Below, in pieces: positions 9,763 to 22,214 of a stretch of DNA of 64,000 nt (position 1 is its first letter; each line of letters opens with the position of its first letter). The position numbers were made by a program, and so were the translations under genes. This DNA comes from Gemmatimonadales bacterium. GTDB taxonomy: Bacteria; Gemmatimonadota; Gemmatimonadetes; Gemmatimonadales; GWC2-71-9. The stretch lies in assembly GCA_037189525.1 (NCBI GenBank), contig JBBCJC010000003.1, positions 32,001 to 96,000 of the forward strand, given 5' to 3'. A model generated the notes under the pieces. The model was not told where the DNA came from and made no database searches. It saw only the letters and a program-made list of their open reading frames with translations.

Positions 9763-11195
9763 AGGCCGCCCGGCTGGTCATTCCCGCGCTCCGCTGGCAC
9801 GCGGACACCGGGTTCGAGCACGAAAACGCGGCCATCGACGATGCGATTGCGGCCGGTGTCGGTGGGTTCATCCTCTTCGGCGGCACGGCGCCACAGGTAC
9901 TCTCGCTGGTCGACCGGCTGACCCGTCAGGCCGGTCGTCCGCTGCTGATTGCGGCGGATCTGGAACGCGGCGCCGGCCAGCAGGTCGAGGGGCTGGCCGA
10001 ACTGCCTCCGCCGGCTGCGCTCGCCGCGCTGGACGATCTCGACGCGGCGCGTCAGGCGGGCCTGGTCACCGCGCGGGCGGCCCGGTCGGTCGGCATCAAC
10101 TGGGTTCTGGCGCCGGTGGCCGATCTCGATCTCGAACCGGCCAATCCGATCGTGCAGACCCGTTCATTCGGGGCGGTGCCGGAGCGGGTCGGGCAGTTGG
10201 TGGCCGCCTGGATCGAAGGGGCCCACGCCGGCGGGGCGCTCACGGCCGTCAAGCATTTTCCCGGCCACGGCCGGACCGTGCACGATTCGCACGAACGGAT
10301 GCCGGTGGTGGCCGCCTTAGATGCGGAGCTGACGGCGGTCGATCTGGTGCCGTTCCGCGCCGCCATCGCGGCAGGGGTGGATGCCGTGATGACGGCGCAC
10401 GTCGCGTATCCTGCGCTCGATCCGTCCGGTACGCCGGGCACCCGTTCGCGCCCGATTCTCGAGCGGTTGCGCGGTCCTCTGGAATTCGATGGCCTGGTGG
10501 TGACGGACGCGCTGATCATGGAGGGCTTTGCCGGCGGGATTGGGGCCGGGCCGGCGGCCGTCGAGGCGGTGTCGGCCGGAGTCGACGTCCTGCTCTATCC
10601 CGCCGACGTGCGCGCGACGATCAGTGCGCTGGAAACGGCCGCCACGCTGGATGCCGAGTTTGCCCACCAAGTCGAAGCGGCGCTGGCCCGATACGCCTAC
10701 GCGCTGGATCGGGCGACCAGCCGATTCGAGTCTCCCGCCGTGCCATACGCGTCCGGACCTCAGGAGGAAGACGCCGATTTTGCGGCCGGTCTGGCCGGTC
10801 GCCTAATTAGCCAATCCGCCCCCGAGCTTTCGTTGCGGGCTCCGATCGAACTGGTGGTGGTCGATGACGACCTGGACGGGGCCTTTCCCGCTTCGCCCAG
10901 CGACTACGTCGAGCGGGCGCTTGCTCGGCATGGTGTGCCGCTCGGCGCTGGGGGGAGCCGCGTCATCCTCGCGTTCGCGGAGCCGAGGGCCTCGAAAGGG
11001 CGCGGGGGATTCGGAGACCGGAGCCGGGCGCTGCTGGCCCAGACGGTTCCAGGTGCCGACCTGGTGGTGCTGTTCGGTCACCCGAGACTGCGTGAGGCGA
11101 TTCCGGAGGGCGTGCCCGTCATCCAGGCCTGGCACCGGCAGCGGCTGATGCAGGATGCCGTGGCCGCTTGGCTAATCGATCGACTGAACGGTTGA
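9759..11195 (+). CDS. nagZ: GH3 beta-N-acetylglucosaminidase
   Basis: KHFPGHG...DSH motif, MTAHV, TDALIM; ATGA overlap with anmK. Confidence 0.9.
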   Translation: MKAARLVIPALRWHADTGFEHENAAIDDAIAAGVGGFILFGGTAPQVLSLVDRLTRQAGRPLLIAADLERGAGQQVEGLAELPPPAALAALDDLDAARQAGLVTARAARSVGINWVLAPVADLDLEPANPIVQTRSFGAVPERVGQLVAAWIEGAHAGGALTAVKHFPGHGRTVHDSHERMPVVAALDAELTAVDLVPFRAAIAAGVDAVMTAHVAYPALDPSGTPGTRSRPILERLRGPLEFDGLVVTDALIMEGFAGGIGAGPAAVEAVSAGVDVLLYPADVRATISALETAATLDAEFAHQVEAALARYAYALDRATSRFESPAVPYASGPQEEDADFAAGLAGRLISQSAPELSLRAPIELVVVDDDLDGAFPASPSDYVERALARHGVPLGAGGSRVILAFAEPRASKGRGGFGDRSRALLAQTVPGADLVVLFGHPRLREAIPEGVPVIQAWHRQRLMQDAVAAWLIDRLNG

Positions 11196-11216
11196 GCCGC
11201 GTCCGGACGCGGGGCG

Positions 11217-12581
11217 TCAGGGGCGGAGCTGGTCGAGCGTCTGTCGGATGGCCGTTGCGGGGACGATGACCAGCCGTCCCGCTTCCTCCGCACGGCCGGA
11301 GACCAGGCCGACGACCTGCCCGGCCGGCGTAAATACCGGGCTGCCGCTCGATCCGTAGGTCCCGTAGCCGTCGACGTCGAATCCCGCCGCGCGCGTTTCC
11401 ACCACCGTGCCCACCGAGCCACGCCCCGCCACCCCCGAGCGACGCCAGTCGCCCAGGGAATCGAGCCCGAACGGATAACCATACAGGGCGACCGCATCGC
11501 CCACGGAAACGCGATCGGCCAGGGTCACCGCCGATCCCGTGCCGCCCCGAATCACCGCGCGGACGATGGCGACGTCGGCGCTGTCGTGAACCCGGGCAAT
11601 CGCGCCCCGGAAGGCCTGGCCCGATCCGTCGAAGATCACCGCGATCCGCGCCACGGCCACGCCGGTGGAGTCGCGGACCAGATGCCGCGCGGTCGCCAGC
11701 CAGACCGTGTCGCCGGCGCTCCGGACGGCAAACCCGGTTCCCGACACTGCGCGGCCGGCGGGCGACTCGGTGGCGATCACCGCGACGGCGGCCCGGTGTG
11801 CTCCGCTGGCGCTCGCCGGGTCCAGAGTGGCCGCGGCCAGAACCCGCTCGGGCCGCGCGGCCACCTGAGCCATCGCACGGGTCAGGGTGTCGAGCGCCTC
11901 CGCGCTCGGCTGCTGCGCAGTGACGGCCGTCTTGAGTTGGTCGACCTCCCGCCGAGCTTGGGCCAGCGCCTGGCTCACGCCTGCGTCCGTCGGGCGACCC
12001 TGATCGAGCCGGGAGAGCAGTTGGTCGATCCGGCCCAGCAGTTCGGCGCGCTGGTTCGCCAGCTCCGCACGGGTGCGGTAGAGCTGCCAGCCGCCGATTC
12101 CGCCGGCGGTCAGGGCCAGTATGACCACTACCAGCGCGAGCCATTTCCACGGCCGGGTCTGCCGCACCACTTCACGCTGGACTCGTTCGGCCGTGCCCGT
12201 TCTCGGTCCGAAGATCTCGGTCGGGGCCTGGCCGAGCGCGGGTGCGTCGTGCGACCGCGGCGGGGTGAACGAGGTCGCGATCGAGAACTCGACCTCCGGG
12301 CCCGAGGGGCCGAAGCGCAGCACGTCACCCGGTTCGAGCGGCTGATCGCCACGAATCCGCTTTCCGTTCCGGAAGGTGCCGTTGCTGGAGGCCAGGTCGC
12401 GGATCATGAAGGATCCGCCCTGTTTGAAGACCGCCGCATGGCGGACCGAGACCTCGAGGTCGCGTTCCGGATCGAAGGCGAGATCAGAACTCGGATGGCG
12501 CCCGATGGTTAGGAAGTCGTTGCCGACGACCGTGAGGTCGCCGGCTCGGGAGCCGCCGCGAAATCGGAATTGAGCGTACAT
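11217..12581 (-). CDS. FHA domain - TM - coiled coil - trypsin-like serine protease
   Basis: FHA motifs IGR, SVRHA, SSNGT; hydrophobic LALVVVILAL; triad TARH, DVA, GSSGSP. Confidence 0.88.
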   Translation of the reverse strand: MYAQFRFRGGSRAGDLTVVGNDFLTIGRHPSSDLAFDPERDLEVSVRHAAVFKQGGSFMIRDLASSNGTFRNGKRIRGDQPLEPGDVLRFGPSGPEVEFSIATSFTPPRSHDAPALGQAPTEIFGPRTGTAERVQREVVRQTRPWKWLALVVVILALTAGGIGGWQLYRTRAELANQRAELLGRIDQLLSRLDQGRPTDAGVSQALAQARREVDQLKTAVTAQQPSAEALDTLTRAMAQVAARPERVLAAATLDPASASGAHRAAVAVIATESPAGRAVSGTGFAVRSAGDTVWLATARHLVRDSTGVAVARIAVIFDGSGQAFRGAIARVHDSADVAIVRAVIRGGTGSAVTLADRVSVGDAVALYGYPFGLDSLGDWRRSGVAGRGSVGTVVETRAAGFDVDGYGTYGSSGSPVFTPAGQVVGLVSGRAEEAGRLVIVPATAIRQTLDQLRP

Positions 12582-12596
12582 GGTGGAGGAGCGGCG

Positions 12597-13642
12597 TCAG
12601 GCGACGATCAGGAAAACGGCGAGCAATACCAGCAGGATGGCGACACCGATGGCCGCCATCATCACGGGAGATCCGGTCCGCCGGGTCGGAGGCGTGATTT
12701 CCGGTTCGTCGGCCGGCGGCTCGGGAGGCACGACCGGGGCGGCCAGGGGTTGCGCCGGCTGTTCGCCGGAGATGTCGATCGACGGGTGCGCATGATAGCC
12801 GAGATCGTCGACCGAGACCGGTGCCGGAAGGCCGGCGCCCTGGAAACGGACCGCCACCACCGTGATGTTGTCCGGCCCGCCACGCTCGTTGGCCAGCGCC
12901 ACGAGACGCGCCGGCAAGTCGGTCAGATTCGGCGTCTCGGCCACCAGCTGGCCGATCTCGTCACGGGTAACCTGGCCCGACAATCCGTCGGAGCAGAGAA
13001 TCAGGGTGTCACCGTGGGCGATGTCCTGATAGGTCACGTCGACCCGAATCCGCGCATCGGGACCGAGCGCCTGCAGAATGATGTTGCGCCGTTCGCTCTG
13101 GGCCGCCTGGTCCTCGGTCAGCTCGCCCGCATCGATCAGGCGTTGGATCAGGGACTGGTCCTTGGTGAGCTGGACCGCCAGGCCGTTCCGCACCAGATAG
13201 GCGCGGCTGTCGCCCACCTGGGCCAGGTGGAGCCGGCTGCCCAGGACGCCCGCGACCGTGGCCGTGGTGCCCATGCCGCGGGACTCCTGGTGCTCGGCGG
13301 CGTAGCGGTGGATCCGGTCGTTGGCGGCTTCGACCGCGGCCTTGATCTGTTTCGCAAAGGTCTCGGGTTCGGTCGCCCGGTCGGCCGTCCAGGAGGCGCG
13401 CAACGCCTCGAAAATCGTATCCGCAGCGAGCGCGCTCGCGAGTTCACCCGCCGCGGCGCCCCCCATCCCGTCGGCGACGAGGAAGAGCGACCCCTTGGGG
13501 CCCAGTTCCGCGCGGCTGGCATTGAGCACGTCGGTGGTGCCCTTGGTCAGATCCGCAACGAGGTAGGTGTCCTCGTTGTGGTCGCGGGTCCGGCCCAGGT
13601 CGGTGAGGGCGGCAACCTCGAGCACGATGGCGTTGGAACCGC

Positions 13643-13646
<4 letters not shown>
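12597..13646 (-). CDS. PP2C-family Ser/Thr phosphatase with C-terminal TM helix
   Basis: GRTRDHNED, VADGMGG, VGDSRAY, LCSDGL, GGPDNIT. Confidence 0.95.
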
Positions 13647-15136
<1,490 letters not shown>

Positions 15137-15255
15137 CCTTGGCGTCGTCGCCCGAGGGTGCAATCGAACGTCACCGCCCGGCAATCTAGGCCGCGACGCT
15201 AGGGAGCGTCAACCGCAGAATGGTGTAAGTCATAGTCACTGTGTACCTTGCAGCG

Positions 15256-17163
15256 ATGACCCCGGGTTGTTATCGCGCCGCCTCGCTAGGGGCGCTCCTG
15301 CTGATTGCCGGGCTGGCCGGTGCCGGACATGCGCAGGAAGCAGCGTGGCAGCGGGCCGCCATGCCGGCGGTCGAGGGGCCGCTGGCCATTCGTGTCGTCT
15401 ATCCGAGCTCGGGCGATCGCGTCGACGTCGAGGACTCGAGCTTCGTCTTTGGCTCGGTCGGCGACGGGCGCGCCACGGTAACCGTCAACGGCCAGCCCGC
15501 CCGCGTCACCCGGAACGGCGCTTTCATCGCCTGGATCCGCTACCCGGCGGAGTCGCCGGCCCGGCTCGTGGTCGAAGCGCGCCGAGGCGGTGAGCGCACC
15601 TCTGCGGTCATTACGGTCCAGCGGGTCGAACGATTCAGTCCGCCCGCCTCGGGGCTCTGGATCGATCCGCAATCTCTCTCGCCCCGCGGCCGAGTCTGGT
15701 GGCCGGCCGACGAAGTGTTACCGCTCTCGGTCCGGGCCAGCGAGGGTGCTACCGTCAGTCTGGTTTTGCCGAACGGCCGCCGGGTGGCGCTGGCGGCGAC
15801 CGGCGCGCCGCCGCCGGTGCCCGCCGGCCTTCGGGCCTTCGATCGGGATACGGCCCGGCTCCGGCGCCCCGCCCGCGGCGACCGGTATGCCGGCGCGGTC
15901 CGCGGCCTCGCTGTCGGAGCATTGGGCGGAGTGCTCGGTGCGGAGCGAGCGGGTGCGGCGCCGGCGCGTCCGCTCCGGCTCGAAGCCGTGCGCGGCCGCG
16001 ACACCGTGCGCATCGACTGGCCGCTGGCCGTCGCACTGCTCGACTCCATGCCGCCCGCGGTTCGGCTCGACGACAGCGGCGGCAACTCGGCCTCGCGCGA
16101 CGGCATCACGACCGGGCGGGCGCATCCCGGGGCGACCTACCACTGGTTTTTTCCGGCCGGCACGCTGGCCCAGGTGTCCGGGCGGATCAACGGCGACCTG
16201 CGGATTCGGCTTGGTGCGGAGACCGAAGCCTGGGTGCCGGTGGCTGAAGCCCAGGCGCGCGCGCCGGCGCTGGTGGCGGCACGTGCGCAGGTCGATGCGA
16301 TCACTATCTCCTCGTTGCCGGATCGCGCGGTGCTGCGGATTCCGATGAGCTATCGGGCGCCGTACCGGATCGAAGAGGAATCGCGGCGGTTGACGATCCG
16401 CTTGTACGGAGCAAGCGGAGATCCCGGCTGGATCCGGCACGGCCCCGGCGACATATTGATCACCGCCTCGGACTGGCGCCAGGTGGGCAGCGACGTGGAG
16501 CTGATCTTCCGGCTCGGTGCCCCGCTCGTCGGTTATCGCACCCGCTGGGATCGCGACGACCTGATCGTCGAAGTCCGCCGTCCACGGGCGGTCGATCGCG
16601 GACGTCCTTTGGCGGGCCGCGTCATCGTCGTCGATGCCGGACATCCGCCCGGTGGCAGCACCGGCCCGACCGGGCTCCGCGAATCGGAGGCAACGCTTGC
16701 AGTGGCATTGCTGCTGGAACCGATGCTGCGTGATGCCGGAGCGCGAGTGGTGATGACGCGGCGAGGCGCGGGTGCGGTTAGCCTGATCGACCGGGTCCGC
16801 CTGGCCGACAGCGTCGATGCCGATCTGATGCTTTCGGTTCACGGGAATGCGCTGCCCGACGGCGTGCCGCCCGAGCCCAATCATGGTTCGAGCGTCTTCT
16901 ACTTCCATCCGCGCAGTGCCGATCTGGCTCGCGTCGTCCAGGCTCGTCTGGTCGAAGAATTGGGGACCCGTGATCTCGGTATTGCTCGCGGCGATCTGGC
17001 CGTGGTGCGGCCCACCTGGATGCCTGCGGTGCTGGCGGAGGGATTGTTCATGATGTGGCCCGAACACGAAGCGTGGCTCCGTTCCGAGGAGGGGCGGCGC
17101 CGCTACGCGCGGGCGCTCAAAGCGGGGCTCGAGGACTACTTCCGGCATCGAGCGACCGATTGA
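15256..17163 (+). CDS. N-acetylmuramoyl-L-alanine amidase (Amidase_3), secreted
   Basis: Signal peptide; C-terminal VDAGH..E, SVHGNA and PAVLAEG zinc-binding motifs. Confidence 0.9.
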   Translation: MTPGCYRAASLGALLLIAGLAGAGHAQEAAWQRAAMPAVEGPLAIRVVYPSSGDRVDVEDSSFVFGSVGDGRATVTVNGQPARVTRNGAFIAWIRYPAESPARLVVEARRGGERTSAVITVQRVERFSPPASGLWIDPQSLSPRGRVWWPADEVLPLSVRASEGATVSLVLPNGRRVALAATGAPPPVPAGLRAFDRDTARLRRPARGDRYAGAVRGLAVGALGGVLGAERAGAAPARPLRLEAVRGRDTVRIDWPLAVALLDSMPPAVRLDDSGGNSASRDGITTGRAHPGATYHWFFPAGTLAQVSGRINGDLRIRLGAETEAWVPVAEAQARAPALVAARAQVDAITISSLPDRAVLRIPMSYRAPYRIEEESRRLTIRLYGASGDPGWIRHGPGDILITASDWRQVGSDVELIFRLGAPLVGYRTRWDRDDLIVEVRRPRAVDRGRPLAGRVIVVDAGHPPGGSTGPTGLRESEATLAVALLLEPMLRDAGARVVMTRRGAGAVSLIDRVRLADSVDADLMLSVHGNALPDGVPPEPNHGSSVFYFHPRSADLARVVQARLVEELGTRDLGIARGDLAVVRPTWMPAVLAEGLFMMWPEHEAWLRSEEGRRRYARALKAGLEDYFRHRATD

Positions 17164-17207
17164 TCGGATGTGTCTTTTTTCGGTCGGTCGGACGTCTCCA
17201 CTCTGTT

Positions 17208-19388
17208 ATGGGCTCTCCTACGTATACCCGAGTGACTGGCACGCGTTTCCGATGGCGGCAGATCGTGCTGCTGTCGTGCCTGGGGCTGACCGCAGCCACC
17301 GTTGCGGCCGGCGCCCAATCGGCGCGGGATCGCGATTTCCGGGCCTTCCAGGATTCGCTGGCGGCCGCGTCCGGTAACGAAGCGTTACGCGCGCTCGAGC
17401 AGCCGCTGATTGCCATGGCGCGTCGCAATCGCTCCAACCCGGCGGTGCATGTCAGGCTCGGGATGATTGCGCTCCGGCTCGGTGAGTCGTCCGGTGCCGT
17501 ATCCGAGTTCAAGTGGGCCACTCAGCTGGCGCCGCAATGGGGCGCGGCCTGGTTCGGGTTGGCTCAGGCGGAGTTGGCGCTGGGTGAAGGCGCCGATACG
17601 ACTCGCGTCGGTCGCCGGGCGTTTCTGTCGCGCGATGCCTGGGACCGCGCCATCACGGCGTTCGGGCGGGCCTTGGTGGCGGATACCGCCGTGGCCAGCG
17701 CCATGGAAGGGATTGCCCGCGATCGGCTCCAGCGCGATCGGCGGCCCTCGGCGCTGGTCGTGCGCGACGGTTTCCGGCGGGCGGTGCAGCAGCGCACCCG
17801 GAATGCGGAGAGTGTGCTCGGGCTCGGCCGGGTCGAAGCGCTGCTGGGCGATACCACCGCGGCGCTGACCGCGTTCGCGGCCGCTGCGGAGGTAGCGGGC
17901 GGCAAGAGTCGCGGCATGCTGGAAGACGCCCGGCTTCGCCTGACCCGGGCCGAACCGGAGGCGCTGCGCACCTACTACGACGTGGCGGCGATCGATGACG
18001 CGGCCGTCGTGGCGCAGCTGCGCGAGGATCTCGCGTGGATCGCGACGGCGGACGAACTCGCGATGTTCGATACGGTGTCGGGTGCGGAGCGAGCGGCCTT
18101 CCTCGAACGTTTCTGGACCCATCGGGACCGGGAAGATCTACGCACCACCGGGCAGCGGCTGCCGGAGCACTACCGCCGGCTGGCCCAGGCGCTGCGCGAG
18201 TATCGCAATCCGTATGATCAGCGGGTCGCCGTTTTCGTGCGGCACGGCGCCCCCGACAGTCGGGCGACTCTGCGCGTGCCGAATGTGACGCCCAACGAAT
18301 CCTGGCGCTATCGGCGTCCGGAAGGCGACCTCTTCGTGCATTTCGCGGCCGGCGCCGACACCACCAACTACCGGATCGTCGAGAGCGTCTTCGATGTCGC
18401 CGGCGGGGTGCCGGCGGGATCGCCGGCCGGGGATGATGTGGGCGACAGCGACTCGGCGCTGGCCGATCAGCTGCTGCGCTCGCGGGCGCAGCTCGCGCCG
18501 TTCTATCAGGCCGCGGTGGCCGGGCGACGGGATCAGCGGGAGGCGTTCAAACGCCTGGAGCGGGATCTGGGCGCGGCCGGCCGGAACCTCGCGCTGACCA
18601 CGGACCGCTATCCACTCCGCTTCGAGGGCGACCTCCCGGCGCGGATCCAGATCGCGGCGCTGACCGGTCGCGCCGATGCAGGGGAAATCGACGCGCTCTT
18701 CGTGATTCCGGCCTTTGTCTTCGACTCCGGCGCGACGGCGGATGCGCCGGTACCGGTCCGGGTTCGGATGGTGGCCTGGGACAGCCGTAACCTGGCGGTC
18801 CGGGCGCTCGACTCGACGCTGTCGTTGACGCGCGAGGCCGGACCGAACGGGCAGACGCTCCGGGGCCAGGTGGGGCTGTCGCTCCCGGCGGGACTCTTCA
18901 ACGCGCGGATTGCCATCGAGTCGGGCAGTCGGGGCGTCATCGTGAGTCGTGAGGGACTCTCGGTGGGAAGCTCGGGTGCGGCAACGCTGTCGGAACTGGC
19001 ACTGGGTCGGGTCGGTTCGGGGCTGACCTGGTCGCTCGCCGGCGCGGCCGGTCCGGTGGCCGCGGATCCCGATCCGGTCTTCGATCGCAGCGCCGCGCTC
19101 GATCTCTCGGCCGATCTGATCGGATTTGCCGCGAATCAGGGCGCGCGGGCGCGCGCGCTGGTCCGCCCGATCCGTCAGGACGGCAAGGAAGAGCGCTGGC
19201 GCAACTGGCCCAACGCGGGTGATTGGCAGCCGGTTGGCGGGCGGGAATCGGTCGCGTCGCGAGTCCGGATGGCGCTGCCGCTTCGGGGTCTCAAAGCCGG
19301 CCGATATGAAGTGGAACTGGTGGTGGAGCAGGGTGAGACGGTGGTTCGGCGTCGAGGCGGATTTACGGTCGTCGAGGCGGCCCGGTAG
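17208..19388 (+). CDS. Secreted TPR plus GWxTD-like domain protein
   Basis: Signal peptide, TPR-like helices, FWTHRD..EHYRR..DQR..FVRHGAPD..ESWRY pattern. Confidence 0.7.
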   Translation: MGSPTYTRVTGTRFRWRQIVLLSCLGLTAATVAAGAQSARDRDFRAFQDSLAAASGNEALRALEQPLIAMARRNRSNPAVHVRLGMIALRLGESSGAVSEFKWATQLAPQWGAAWFGLAQAELALGEGADTTRVGRRAFLSRDAWDRAITAFGRALVADTAVASAMEGIARDRLQRDRRPSALVVRDGFRRAVQQRTRNAESVLGLGRVEALLGDTTAALTAFAAAAEVAGGKSRGMLEDARLRLTRAEPEALRTYYDVAAIDDAAVVAQLREDLAWIATADELAMFDTVSGAERAAFLERFWTHRDREDLRTTGQRLPEHYRRLAQALREYRNPYDQRVAVFVRHGAPDSRATLRVPNVTPNESWRYRRPEGDLFVHFAAGADTTNYRIVESVFDVAGGVPAGSPAGDDVGDSDSALADQLLRSRAQLAPFYQAAVAGRRDQREAFKRLERDLGAAGRNLALTTDRYPLRFEGDLPARIQIAALTGRADAGEIDALFVIPAFVFDSGATADAPVPVRVRMVAWDSRNLAVRALDSTLSLTREAGPNGQTLRGQVGLSLPAGLFNARIAIESGSRGVIVSREGLSVGSSGAATLSELALGRVGSGLTWSLAGAAGPVAADPDPVFDRSAALDLSADLIGFAANQGARARALVRPIRQDGKEERWRNWPNAGDWQPVGGRESVASRVRMALPLRGLKAGRYEVELVVEQGETVVRRRGGFTVVEAAR

Positions 19389-19525
19389 TCTTGCCAGATT
19401 TGTGATGTTGATACCCTTAGTGCCATCCGCGCTTACGGTTGCGGGCCGGTTGTGTTGAACGGGTGATCCGCCTAGCTTGTCCCTCCCATCGCTGATCAAC
19501 AATTCGCATCTCTGAGGAAACGCCC

Positions 19526-22078
19526 ATGGGTTCTGCCTCGCCACGGGTCCCGCTGCAACTGTCGCCCAATGCGATCACCGTTCTCGAGAAACGTTACCTG
19601 GTTCGAGACGAGTCGGGGATACCCTGTGAGCAGGCCGAAGACCTGTTCTGGCGCGTCGCCACAACCATCGCGGGCGCCGATCGCGGTTACGGCGCGTCCG
19701 AAGGAGCGGTCGAGGCGCTGGCCGAAGCGTTTTATGAGTTGATGGCCAAACGGCTGTTCATGCCGAACTCGCCTACGCTCATGAATGCCGGCCGTCCGCT
19801 CGGGCAGCTGTCCGCTTGCTTCGTATTGCCGGTCGAAGATGCGCTCTCCAACGGGAAGAGCGGTATTTACGACACGCTGACGGCCATGGCACTGGTGCAT
19901 CAGTCGGGTGGCGGCACCGGATTCAGCTTCTCCAAGCTGCGGCCCAAGAACGATATCGTGCGTTCGACCATGGGCGTGGCCTCCGGACCCGTCTCCTTCA
20001 TGACGTTGTTCGATGCGTCGACCGATGTGGTCAAGCAGGGCGGTACCCGGCGGGGCGCCAACATGGGCATCTTGCGGGTCGATCATCCCGACGTGATGGA
20101 TTTCGTCACGTGCAAGGACGACACCTCCAAGATTACCAACTTCAATATCTCGGTCGCGGTTACCGACGCCTTCATGGCGGCGCTGGAAAAGGGCGAGTCG
20201 TACGACCTGCTCCATCCCAAGACCCGCGCGGTGGTCGGCCGGCTCGATGCTCGCACCGTCTGGGACCGGATCATCCACGGTGCGTGGAAGACCGGCGAGC
20301 CGGGCGTGTTCTTCATCGATCGCGCCAATCATTACAACCCGGTGCCGACGCTCGGTGCGTACGAGGCGACCAACCCGTGCGGAGAGCAGCCGCTCCTGCC
20401 GTACGATGTTTGCAACCTCGGATCGATCAACCTGGGTGAGTTCATCGTCGAGAACGATCTCGATTGGGCGCAGCTGCGTCGAGTGGTGCATCTCTGCACC
20501 CACTTCCTCGAGAACGTGATCGACGCCAACCACTATCCGCTGCCCGAGATTACCGAGCTGGCGCAGAAGATCCGCCGGATCGGTCTCGGCGTGATGGGGC
20601 TGGCCGACGTCTTCGTGCGGCTCGGGATTCCCTACGATTCGGCCGAGGCGGTCGAGCTGGGTCGCAAGGTGCAGCGGTTCATCGACAACGAAGCCAAGAT
20701 CGAGTCGGAGCGGCTGGCCGGCCAGCGTGGCGCGTTTGCGGAGTGGGAGCGGAGCATCTGGGGTCCGGACGCGACGGCCGCGCGCGACGCCAACGGCAAG
20801 CGGATTCGTCCGATGCGCCGGCTGCGCAACTGCAACGTCACCACGGTGGCGCCGACGGGTACGATCTCGATCATTGCCGGGTGCAGCTCGGGTATCGAGC
20901 CGCTCTTTGCGGTGGCGTTCATGCGGAATCAGGCCGGCGTGCTGATGCCCGATGTCAACGAAGACTTCGTGGCGATTGCCCGGCGTGAGGGATGGTATTC
21001 CGAGGAACTGATGAAGCGGGTGGCCGAAACCGGTCATGCGCGACACCCGGAAGTGCCGGAAAAGTGGCAGCGGGTCTTCATTACGGCCAATGATATTTCC
21101 GCCGAGTGGCATGTGCGGATGCAGGCGGCCTTCCAGGAGGCCAACGACAGCGCCATTTCGAAGACCGTGAACTTTGCCAACACGGCCACCGAAGAAGACG
21201 TCGCGCAGATCTATCGGATGGCCTTCGAGCTGGGCTGCAAAGGCGTCACCGTCTACCGTGACGGCAGCCGCGACATGCAGGTGCTCTCCGCCGGCTCGAC
21301 TGCCAAGAAGGTCCAGGAGGAGGCGACCAGGAGCGGCAAGGCCGAAGCACGTGGCGATCTGGCCGATGTGCTGGTCACGGCGGAGCAGCCGGCGGCGACG
21401 GCCGTAGTCAATCTCAGCGCCAAGGGCCGCGAAGAGAGTGCCGACCTGCTGGGCGAGATGGCGGAGATGCGCTCCGAGAACGAGCGGCTCCGTCGTCTGG
21501 TGCACGAACTCGAATCGGAGAACCTGCAGCGGCGCCAGAAGCGCTCTCGTCCCGAATTGCTCAAGGGGTCGGTGCGCCGGATCGAGACGCCGCTTGGTAC
21601 GCTGTACGTCACCATCACCGAAGACGACAGGGGCCAGCCGTTCGAAGTCTTCATGAGCCTGGGCAAGGCCGGTGGCGCGCTGATGGCGGATGTCGAAGCG
21701 CTCGGCCGGCTCATCTCGCTCGGATTGCGGTCCGGTATTCCGATCAAGGAACTGCACCGCCAGCTGCGCGGGATCAGCTCGGATCGGACCATGGGACTTG
21801 GCGCCAATAAAGTCATGTCGGTGCCGGATGCGGTCGGTATCGCGCTCGAGCGCTGGATGCACGAGAAGCAGGGGATTCAGCAGGACTTGCTCGCCGGTAC
21901 TTCGGCTGCGGCGCCAGTGGAATCGATTCCGGTGACGGTGGTGCACGGGAACGAGCAGTTGTCGATGGGTGGCATGTCGGAAACGCTGGCCGGATCGTGC
22001 CCGGACTGCAGCTCACAGCTGGAGTACGCCGAAGGGTGCGCCAAGTGCCACGTCTGCGGCTTCAGCGAGTGCGGCTGA
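19526..22078 (+). CDS. nrdJ: Class II (B12-dependent) ribonucleotide reductase
   Basis: PNSPTLMNAG, LSACFV, TNPCGEQPL, APTGTIS, C-terminal zinc ribbon. Confidence 0.95.
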   Translation: MGSASPRVPLQLSPNAITVLEKRYLVRDESGIPCEQAEDLFWRVATTIAGADRGYGASEGAVEALAEAFYELMAKRLFMPNSPTLMNAGRPLGQLSACFVLPVEDALSNGKSGIYDTLTAMALVHQSGGGTGFSFSKLRPKNDIVRSTMGVASGPVSFMTLFDASTDVVKQGGTRRGANMGILRVDHPDVMDFVTCKDDTSKITNFNISVAVTDAFMAALEKGESYDLLHPKTRAVVGRLDARTVWDRIIHGAWKTGEPGVFFIDRANHYNPVPTLGAYEATNPCGEQPLLPYDVCNLGSINLGEFIVENDLDWAQLRRVVHLCTHFLENVIDANHYPLPEITELAQKIRRIGLGVMGLADVFVRLGIPYDSAEAVELGRKVQRFIDNEAKIESERLAGQRGAFAEWERSIWGPDATAARDANGKRIRPMRRLRNCNVTTVAPTGTISIIAGCSSGIEPLFAVAFMRNQAGVLMPDVNEDFVAIARREGWYSEELMKRVAETGHARHPEVPEKWQRVFITANDISAEWHVRMQAAFQEANDSAISKTVNFANTATEEDVAQIYRMAFELGCKGVTVYRDGSRDMQVLSAGSTAKKVQEEATRSGKAEARGDLADVLVTAEQPAATAVVNLSAKGREESADLLGEMAEMRSENERLRRLVHELESENLQRRQKRSRPELLKGSVRRIETPLGTLYVTITEDDRGQPFEVFMSLGKAGGALMADVEALGRLISLGLRSGIPIKELHRQLRGISSDRTMGLGANKVMSVPDAVGIALERWMHEKQGIQQDLLAGTSAAAPVESIPVTVVHGNEQLSMGGMSETLAGSCPDCSSQLEYAEGCAKCHVCGFSECG

Positions 22079-22143
22079 CGCGAGAGTAGATGCGGGGGCG
22101 GCACCGCCGCCGTTCAAAACGGTTGGGAGCTGTCCCTTCATTG

Positions 22144-22182
22144 AGCCGCCTCAGACTCTACATCTGAGGCGGCTTATGTTTT
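22144..22182 (+). terminator. Intrinsic terminator after nrdJ
   Basis: 12-bp stem AGCCGCCTCAGA / TCTGAGGCGGCT followed by TATGTTTT. Confidence 0.8.
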
Positions 22183-22214
22183 GGGGATGGATTTCGTCGG
22201 CGCTGGAGGTGGCG

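Noticed and set aside
19389..19525. Cobalamin riboswitch or NrdR box upstream of nrdJ
   Set aside because: The region is too short and has no recognisable B12-box or NrdR palindrome
19496..21946. Long antisense or alternative-frame ORFs (also 49083-51656, 41417-43579, 23088-24704 and others)
   Set aside because: They overlap well-supported genes and are typical high-GC artefacts
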